Part shown: piece after piece, positions 56,861-64,000 of the stretch
How positions within the stretch are numbered: the stretch's first letter is position 1
Layout: every line of letters begins with the position of its first letter
NCBI GenBank assembly: GCA_048938025.1
Contig: JBHLMP010000004.1
Span: 32,001 to 96,000 of the forward strand
DNA length: 64,000 nt
Direction of reading: 5' to 3'
Source: Promethearchaeota archaeon
Lineage (GTDB): Archaea > Asgardarchaeota > Lokiarchaeia > Sigyniarchaeales > SOKP01
Position numbers and translations under genes: made by a program
Notes under the pieces: generated by a model
What the model saw: the letters and a program-made list of their open reading frames with translations, nothing else
Told to the model about the DNA's origin: nothing
The model's database searches: none

Positions 56861-58882
56861 TCATACTTTTATTTTATAATCTGCTTTAATTTCTTTAATT
56901 CTATCTCTTAAATAAGCAGCATCTTCAAATCTAAGTTCTTTAGCAGCCAGAAACATTTTATTCTCAAGATATTGAATAATTATATCAGTATCTCCTTTTT
57001 TCTCTAATTCTTTGATTTTATCTTTAACTTTTTGCTTTAATCTTTTTACTTCCCGTTCCTTAAATTCCTGCTCTTCAGAAAGAGAATCTAAAATGTTTTT
57101 CTGAATTGTTTGTGGAGTAATGTTATTTTTTATATTATAGTCCATCTGTTTTTTTCTTCTTCTATTTGTCTCATCAATAGCTGCTTTCATAGCTGGTGTC
57201 ATTTTATCAGCATATAAAATTGCTCTTCCGTAAATATTTCTAGAAGCTCTTCCAATAGTCTGAATGAGCGAGCGTGTATCTCTTAGAAAGCCAAGTTTAT
57301 CAGCATCTAATATAGCTACAAGTTGAACTTCAGGTAAATCTAGACCCTCCCTTAGAAGATTTATTCCTACTACCACATCCCAAGTTCCATCTCTTAGCTG
57401 TCTTAATATCTCAAAGCGTTCTACAGTATCAACTTCAGAGTGTAGGTACGCAATTTTAATGTTTAAATCAGCATAATATTCAGAAATATCTTCCGACATG
57501 CGCTTTGTAAGGGTTGTGACTAAGACTCTACCTTGGTTATCAACCACTTTTTGGATTTCTCCTAATAAGTCATCAATTTGGGTTTTTGCAGGACGTATCT
57601 CCACTTGAGGATCAACTAATCCAGTAGGTCTAATTATCTGTTCTGCAGACATTCCACCACTCTTTGCTAATTCATAATCACCTGGTGTAGCTGACATAAA
57701 AATAATATTTTTAATTTTACACTCCCATTCTTTAAATGTAAGAGGTCGATTATCGAAAGCACTAGGCAAACGCCAACCATATTCAACAAGATTTTTCTTA
57801 CGAGAACGATCGCCTTCTATCATTCCATGGATTTGAGGGACAGTAATATGCGATTCATCTACAACAATTAAAAAGTCTTCTGGGAAGTAATCAACTAAAG
57901 TCATTGGTGGTGTTCCTGGAGCCCTAAGATCGAGATGCCTTGAGTAGTTCTCAATTCCTTTACACCACCCCATTTCTCTCATCATTTCTAAATCGAATTT
58001 AGTTCTCCTTTCAATCCACTCAGCTTCAGCATATCTTTTTTTATTTTTAAAGAATTCAATTTGTTCTTTTAATTCTTGTTCAATTAGTTCCAAGGCTTTT
58101 ATTTTATTTTCTTCTGGAATAATAAAATGAGTTGCTGGAAAGATTCTATAATTAGGTACTTTTTGTAAAGGATTGTTGGAAATAGGATGAATTTCGGTTA
58201 TAGATTCAATCTCATCACCGAATAGGGATATTCTGACTGCATTGTTTAAATAAGCAGGATAGATATCAATAATATCCCCCTTTACTCGTACATTTCCGGG
58301 TTTGAATTCAAGATTATTTCGCTCATAGTTCATTTTTACCAGTCGTTTGAGAATTTCAGAACGTTTTTTCTCCATGCCAACCTCTAAATATAGCGCAATT
58401 TTCTCCCAAAGTTCTGCATTTCCCAGACCATAGATACAGGATACTGTTGCTACTATAATTACATCTCTTCTCGTTCTAACAGCGTGTGCCGCGGCAAGCC
58501 TTAATCGTTCAATTTCTTCATTAACACTAAAATCTTTTTCTATATATAAACCAGAAACTGGCATATAAGCCTCTGGCTGATAATAGTCATAATAAGATAC
58601 AAAATAATGTACAGCATTATCTGGAAAGAGTTCTTTAAGCTCATTATATAATTGAGCTGCTAATGTCTTATTAGGAGCCATTATTAAGGTTGGTTTTTGA
58701 ATTTCTTGTATAATGTTTGCAATTGTGAATGTTTTACCAGTTCCAGTGGCACCTAATAAAGTTTGGAACCTTTTTCCATTAGAAATATTATCTGCAAGAG
58801 TTTTTATTGCTTCGGGTTGGTCTCCTGCTGGTTTAAACTCTGATTCAAGTTTGAATTTAGCAATCATTGGGACAATATGCAA
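56861..58882 (-). CDS. uvrB: Excinuclease ABC subunit B (start may be ATG 58867)
   Basis: PAGDQP, GATGTGKT, FVSYYDYYQPEAY, DESH, GINLLREGLDLPEV, QTIGRA. Confidence 0.97.
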   Translation of the reverse strand: MHIVPMIAKFKLESEFKPAGDQPEAIKTLADNISNGKRFQTLLGATGTGKTFTIANIIQEIQKPTLIMAPNKTLAAQLYNELKELFPDNAVHYFVSYYDYYQPEAYMPVSGLYIEKDFSVNEEIERLRLAAAHAVRTRRDVIIVATVSCIYGLGNAELWEKIALYLEVGMEKKRSEILKRLVKMNYERNNLEFKPGNVRVKGDIIDIYPAYLNNAVRISLFGDEIESITEIHPISNNPLQKVPNYRIFPATHFIIPEENKIKALELIEQELKEQIEFFKNKKRYAEAEWIERRTKFDLEMMREMGWCKGIENYSRHLDLRAPGTPPMTLVDYFPEDFLIVVDESHITVPQIHGMIEGDRSRKKNLVEYGWRLPSAFDNRPLTFKEWECKIKNIIFMSATPGDYELAKSGGMSAEQIIRPTGLVDPQVEIRPAKTQIDDLLGEIQKVVDNQGRVLVTTLTKRMSEDISEYYADLNIKIAYLHSEVDTVERFEILRQLRDGTWDVVVGINLLREGLDLPEVQLVAILDADKLGFLRDTRSLIQTIGRASRNIYGRAILYADKMTPAMKAAIDETNRRRKKQMDYNIKNNITPQTIQKNILDSLSEEQEFKEREVKRLKQKVKDKIKELEKKGDTDIIIQYLENKMFLAAKELRFEDAAYLRDRIKEIKADYKIKV

Positions 58883-59013
58883 TTTTTGAACTAATTTAAA
58901 TTTAAAATAAAATCAATATATAAAAGATAAGTCTTAAGATATTCTAGTGTATTATAACTTATGATTTTTACTAAAAATAGACAAAAAATGAAGAAGATAA
59001 TTTAATCATTAAT

Positions 59014-62000
59014 TTATGTGACAAATTCTATATGAGTGTCCTCAGCCCCTTCTACAGTACGGACTATTATGACTAATTCATCACCAGGATTAATAGTACC
59101 AAGTTTAATCTCTATTATAGCCATATCTACTGTTAATTGTAATGAATCACCAGCTCCAATTATAAAATCTTGTTCATTGAACACATCTAAAGAAAAATAA
59201 GTACCATTTATGTAAACAGAATCAACTGTAACATTTAGTAACCCATTATTGTCGGTTAAAATTGTTAGAGTACCTGAACTTACTGCTGATGTTCCACCAT
59301 CATCAATTTCTATATTATAGTATGTCGAATCAACAATTGCAGTTAGATTTGCTATAGCCTGAGCGGAATTATATGTAGTAACTCTTATATTTACTTGATC
59401 AGATGCATTAACTTTTAAATCTGTGATATTAAATGATATTAAAGCACATTCTTGTACGTCTAGAATAGCGTTCCCGTAAATAAATTCCACTTCGTTGCTA
59501 TTTGAGCAATTTAATATTTCTGTCTCATTAAGATATACGCTATCTAAAGTTACCGGAACATTTCCAGTATTTTTAATAACTAGTCTTCCTGTTTCATTAG
59601 CATAAATGTAGGAAACTGGTGTACCCTCAAGATTTTCTATTATTTGAACATCTGGTTCATTCCTTATAGTGTGAATGTAACCAATATCTGAAGCTACTGG
59701 TGTTCCGTAGCTTGTTGTAACACAGAGGAGTATTTCTTCATTTACTTCACCATCAATATAGTCTGTTGCATCAACAACAATAATATCTTCCTCATTTGCA
59801 TCTAAAGTAAAGTTTCCACTAATCGTAAAGAAATGTTCAAGATTAACTGGTTTCAGCGATTCTGTAAGATATATCGGACCTAATGCGTAAATAACATCAC
59901 CAGTATTTTTAACATAAATCTTTATTATGGTACTACCATTGTCATAAGTATAAGCATATGTTTTAGTAAAATCTATTGGTATATGTTTTCGATAATTACT
60001 ATCGATTGCTGCTGCTACTATTTCAGGGGATAGAATTCTATTATCATTATAAATTGTGATCGAATTGTTCTCCTGACTTGAAGTAAATAATATCTCATCT
60101 CTAATATCATTCGGAGTGGCTACTCCGATCTTATTATAAGTTCTTATAGGATAAAAAGATACTGGTGAGTTTTGTAAGTAAATTGTTGCTTTTTCTCCTG
60201 GATATAGTATCGAAGAACCACTAAGATATTCAATATTCTCGTTGAGAAACGTATTACTGACCATATCGTCGTTTACATAAAACCTATCGAGAACAACAAT
60301 AGATTCTCCTACATTTTCCACCTCAAGGAGAGCATTAGCAGTATCATGATCAATCTGAATAACTTTACTGTTTGCTTTATTGATACGTATTGCTCCTTCT
60401 CCTCCTTCTTTAACAAAAAAGTTACTTGTAGAATTTGAAAATGTAAATTTTTTTTCCTCAAGTGCCTCTGATTCGGCTGTAACATTTATTCTTACAACAT
60501 CATCTTTATTGAAAGTTGTACCTCCAGATTTAATATCAACCCAAACGAGATCATCCTCTCCTGCATTCACTATTTTTGTATTTATTCCTTTACCTAAGGT
60601 AAAATTATATTCCTTCCCATTAACTTTTATACTTGTTATCGATAAGTCTTTCTTCCCAATATTATCTAATTTAAAGGTACCATATCCACTATCAAATATT
60701 TCTGGATTGGTTATCATAAATTTAGAATCTAGAGCTGTATAATCGACTTTGTATAATCTTACCATTCCATTTGGTGAAAAATGTTCTTTAACAAAGACTT
60801 TAAAATCATATGCTCCATATGGCGGAATATGAGCTAGCCACAAATTGCCATCAGCAGCTTGTCGCTGATTAATTTGACTAGCATAATGATTTGCTAAACT
60901 ACCTTCAGGGGTAGAAGCAGGATCCGTAGGAATTCCGTAAAACATGAGTCTTACTAATTGACTATCAAACCATTTATCTCCCATAGCTCCAGTCGTTGAA
61001 TTTTGATAGTCATTTTCATCAAATACAGCATTTTCAGCCCAGTTATCCTTTTCAAGGCCCAAACTCTTATAATATTCATAGTGATCATTACATATACGAA
61101 CCATCCATGGCCATTTACCTTCATCCCCGCCTAGTCCAGAATATAAATATCCAAAATATACTAATACATAATCAGCTTTCAGTTCACGAAATATCTCGGC
61201 ACTATAAATTTCATTTGTTTGCATGAATGCCATTCCTGTCATTCCTATTCGTTCACCTTTAAAAGTGGCATTATCATTAACCGTTGTTACGTTTCCTATA
61301 GGTGTGAGCCAATATCCATAATCCCACCATGAAACTACAACAGCAGTACCTGGTAAATTATTTTTCATCCAAGTTAATGATTCTTCCCAATCATGAAGTA
61401 TTCCTACTGGTGCCATTTGATTATAAGATAATCGATCAATTGAAACATCTGTTGTATGAACTACCTGAGCAACGCATAAAAATCCTATTATAAGATATAC
61501 TGCTAACACTTCAGTATTACCCACAGTACCTTTGACCTGTCTCCTCCTTTTTCTACTTACTACACCTTTTTGTTCTCCTATAAAACCACCATAAATTTTT
61601 AAAATATTAACCAAACCATAGGCTCCTACTAGAGATGCAGCAGGAGCAAATAATAGGATTATACGGATCATAGCTCCAGTGAAATAGAACAATAATAATA
61701 CAAAAACTATCATAAAAATATCAGGAGCGTTTAATCTCTTTAAACAAAAATAGATGCCAAGTGGTACTAAAATTAATGGAATCAGAATATTGTAGTAAAA
61801 TACACTCCAGGCACTTGGATTTTGCTCTGCAACTGAGGCAACCAGACTCAAACCTTCTCGTACTAATGGATTTAGCAGAGCATAAAATCTACCACCAAAA
61901 CCAAAAGGAATAAGTGCAGGATCAATCCAGATAAGTATTGCAACAATTAATATCACCGGAATAAGCCCCCATTTTATAAGATTAATTAACCCATTATAAA

Positions 62001-62904
62001 ATCTAGGATATTCATTTTTCTTTGTATAAATTAAATGGAAAATTATTAAAATAATTGTAAAGAAAAAAATTCCTCCTGTTTCTAAGCTCGAGAATAGACT
62101 TTCATGGTTAAACCTAATATATAATGAGAATATTAATAAACCAGTACCTTGAGCTCCAGCATATGCTATTAAAATATTTTCATTATATTTCTTTATCAAA
62201 ATTAGAATAACGCAAATTAGTGGGATAATTAAGTATGCAAATTGATATCCGCCCCAACTTAAGGATAAATAACCTAAAAATACTCCACTTAATATTGAAT
62301 AAGATATTTTTCCCGTTCGTACCGCTTTTAGAAAAAATAAAAAGATCATTAAAACACTAAAAACACCTATAGTTTCATTATCAAAAAAGCCAGCAATGGT
62401 GCGTTGAAGATAGCCAATATTAAAAGCTAAAAAGAAAGCAGCCATAAGACCCGTCCCTTTACTATGTACTTCCTTTCCCAAAAAATACATAACAAGGACC
62501 GTAATGCCACCCATAATTGCGGGGAAGAAATAACAAACATAATATAATGAGACAGGTATTCCGAGAAATTTAAGAGTTTTATAAATTGTTACAACTGTAA
62601 AAGTCAATCCAGGACGTAAGGTACTTCGAAAATAACCTTCAGGGTACCAACTCTTAAGATCTCGCCAATGAAAATATTCATAAAATGAATGGGTTGACAG
62701 ATATTCTGAGTTATAATATTGTATCCATGGATCGAAAGCTTTAATAAGAAGTGGCCCTCTTAGGATTGGAGTTAGCCTTACCACTATTGCTAGGGTAACA
62801 AGTAGAAATAATGCTATGAATAATAATATATTTCGAGTTTTGATTGATACAGAAGCTCGAGCGCGATCACGGAAATTTCTAATTGAAGCAATAACTCTAG
62901 GCAT
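59014..62904 (-). CDS. aglB: Oligosaccharyltransferase AglB/STT3 with long C-terminal extension
   Basis: FDPW, GFFDNE, SVAEQ, WWDYG, DNAT, GGDEGKW. Confidence 0.95.
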   Translation of the reverse strand: MPRVIASIRNFRDRARASVSIKTRNILLFIALFLLVTLAIVVRLTPILRGPLLIKAFDPWIQYYNSEYLSTHSFYEYFHWRDLKSWYPEGYFRSTLRPGLTFTVVTIYKTLKFLGIPVSLYYVCYFFPAIMGGITVLVMYFLGKEVHSKGTGLMAAFFLAFNIGYLQRTIAGFFDNETIGVFSVLMIFLFFLKAVRTGKISYSILSGVFLGYLSLSWGGYQFAYLIIPLICVILILIKKYNENILIAYAGAQGTGLLIFSLYIRFNHESLFSSLETGGIFFFTIILIIFHLIYTKKNEYPRFYNGLINLIKWGLIPVILIVAILIWIDPALIPFGFGGRFYALLNPLVREGLSLVASVAEQNPSAWSVFYYNILIPLILVPLGIYFCLKRLNAPDIFMIVFVLLLFYFTGAMIRIILLFAPAASLVGAYGLVNILKIYGGFIGEQKGVVSRKRRRQVKGTVGNTEVLAVYLIIGFLCVAQVVHTTDVSIDRLSYNQMAPVGILHDWEESLTWMKNNLPGTAVVVSWWDYGYWLTPIGNVTTVNDNATFKGERIGMTGMAFMQTNEIYSAEIFRELKADYVLVYFGYLYSGLGGDEGKWPWMVRICNDHYEYYKSLGLEKDNWAENAVFDENDYQNSTTGAMGDKWFDSQLVRLMFYGIPTDPASTPEGSLANHYASQINQRQAADGNLWLAHIPPYGAYDFKVFVKEHFSPNGMVRLYKVDYTALDSKFMITNPEIFDSGYGTFKLDNIGKKDLSITSIKVNGKEYNFTLGKGINTKIVNAGEDDLVWVDIKSGGTTFNKDDVVRINVTAESEALEEKKFTFSNSTSNFFVKEGGEGAIRINKANSKVIQIDHDTANALLEVENVGESIVVLDRFYVNDDMVSNTFLNENIEYLSGSSILYPGEKATIYLQNSPVSFYPIRTYNKIGVATPNDIRDEILFTSSQENNSITIYNDNRILSPEIVAAAIDSNYRKHIPIDFTKTYAYTYDNGSTIIKIYVKNTGDVIYALGPIYLTESLKPVNLEHFFTISGNFTLDANEEDIIVVDATDYIDGEVNEEILLCVTTSYGTPVASDIGYIHTIRNEPDVQIIENLEGTPVSYIYANETGRLVIKNTGNVPVTLDSVYLNETEILNCSNSNEVEFIYGNAILDVQECALISFNITDLKVNASDQVNIRVTTYNSAQAIANLTAIVDSTYYNIEIDDGGTSAVSSGTLTILTDNNGLLNVTVDSVYINGTYFSLDVFNEQDFIIGAGDSLQLTVDMAIIEIKLGTINPGDELVIIVRTVEGAEDTHIEFVT

Positions 62905-63114
62905 TATTTTTTAAATAAGTTTTTTATAATATTATGCTAAAAAGCATAATGAAATTTTGAATATAAAAAAAATCCCTCTCTTTAAAATGTTATCCTTTAA
63001 TAGAAACATATTACAATATTCTAAAACTTTGAAAAGAATTTATGAGTTTTAGATTTTTAATAATTTTTATAATGATAACAAAATTAATTTCTTGAAATAT
63101 TACTACTAAATGTC

Positions 63115-63960
63115 ATGGAAAGATGTAGATATCTCTTTAAAATATATTATCTTTGTACTAAGAAGTTTTATGGATCGCAAAGACAAAATGATTTTTTAAC
63201 AATCGAAAATAGCCTTCTAAATTCTTTATTAATAAAGGGATATTTTGAAGATGTTAAAAGATCAGGATTAGAATTTGCGAGTAGAACAGATAGATTTGTA
63301 TCTGCTCGCGCTTCTTGCTTCTCTTTCATTACAGAAAAAAAACCTTATTTAATGGAAATTAATTCTGCATTACCTAAAGAAATAGGAGTTTGGGCTTACT
63401 CAGATGTGCCGATGAATTTTTCGTCGAGATATAATGCTATTCTACGTCACTATAAATATATTGTCCCTGAATCAATCACATATCTTCAAAAACAACAATC
63501 TTTAAATCTGGAGATAATGGAAAAAGCTTGTAAAGAATTAGAAGGGACCCATGATTTTATTAATTTCTCTAAAAGAGAAAATGTAAAAAAAAAATCAGTT
63601 AGAGAACTAAAAGTTGTAAAGATGACTATTGATAATAATTTTATAATATTTGATTTTTTAGGTAAAGCTTTTCTGAGACAACAAATTCGCAGAATGGTAA
63701 AAAAGATATTAGAACTTGGAATGAGCAAAATTGACTATGATGATTTTTTATTATTATTTGACAACTCAAGAGATATTTCTTACCAAGGGGCAGATCCAAG
63801 AGGATTGATACTGTGGGATATAATTTATGACGAAAAGATTAAGTTTTTAGAAGATAAAAAATCAAAAGAAAGAATGAAAAATTATTTCTCAAATAAAGAG
63901 TTAAAATGTCATTTTAAACAACAATTATTCCAAATCTTGCAACGAAACAATTCTAGCTAA
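63115..63960 (+). CDS. truA: tRNA pseudouridine synthase A
   Basis: FYGSQRQ, ASRTD, RHYKY, LEGTHDFINF, FLRQQIRRMV. Confidence 0.9.
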   Translation: MERCRYLFKIYYLCTKKFYGSQRQNDFLTIENSLLNSLLIKGYFEDVKRSGLEFASRTDRFVSARASCFSFITEKKPYLMEINSALPKEIGVWAYSDVPMNFSSRYNAILRHYKYIVPESITYLQKQQSLNLEIMEKACKELEGTHDFINFSKRENVKKKSVRELKVVKMTIDNNFIIFDFLGKAFLRQQIRRMVKKILELGMSKIDYDDFLLLFDNSRDISYQGADPRGLILWDIIYDEKIKFLEDKKSKERMKNYFSNKELKCHFKQQLFQILQRNNSS

Positions 63961-64000
63961 TAATGCTTGTAATTGAATATCTTCTGTACTACCTTGACTC

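Noticed and set aside
229-63728. Many short ORFs antisense to or nested in long genes (e.g. 229-618, 3266-3604, 10477-10731, 38286-38630, 60380-60742)
   Set aside because: Shadow ORFs of well-supported genes, with no independent motifs.
1-64000. CRISPR array, tRNA, rRNA, transposase or integrase
   Set aside because: No regularly spaced repeats, GC-rich structural RNA or recombinase motifs recognised by eye; a covariance-model scan could still find small RNAs.

Overview
AT-rich archaeal window. The gene content (TFB, archaeal IF-2/aIF5B, EF-2, class I CCA enzyme, Taw1, AglB, an Arf-like GTPase and a longin-like protein) points to an Asgard archaeon, probably Lokiarchaeia; this is an inference from protein motifs only. 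About 1-21.5 kb is accessory: two tandem cassettes with a conserved core and unrelated multi-TM C-termini, a defence-like cluster (Type IIG-like R-M, radical SAM + TcmP pair, Mrr-LRR fusion) and a large LAGLIDADG protein. About 21.5-64 kb is mostly housekeeping. Top observations: (1) acetyl-CoA synthetase is interrupted inside its conserved WQTETGG motif by a 30-nt stop-containing hairpin whose bulge-helix-bulge geometry predicts excision of exactly 30 nt, a candidate mRNA intron; (2) a diverged orphan copy of the acs 3' end lies about 11.5 kb downstream, bracketing an island that ends in a free-standing LAGLIDADG gene; (3) the cassette array resembles polymorphic-toxin or antigenic-variation loci; (4) a CoA-transferase-GNAT fusion lacking the catalytic Glu sits head-to-head with acs. 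No tRNA, rRNA, CRISPR array, integrase or transposase was recognised. All calls were made by eye without database searches.
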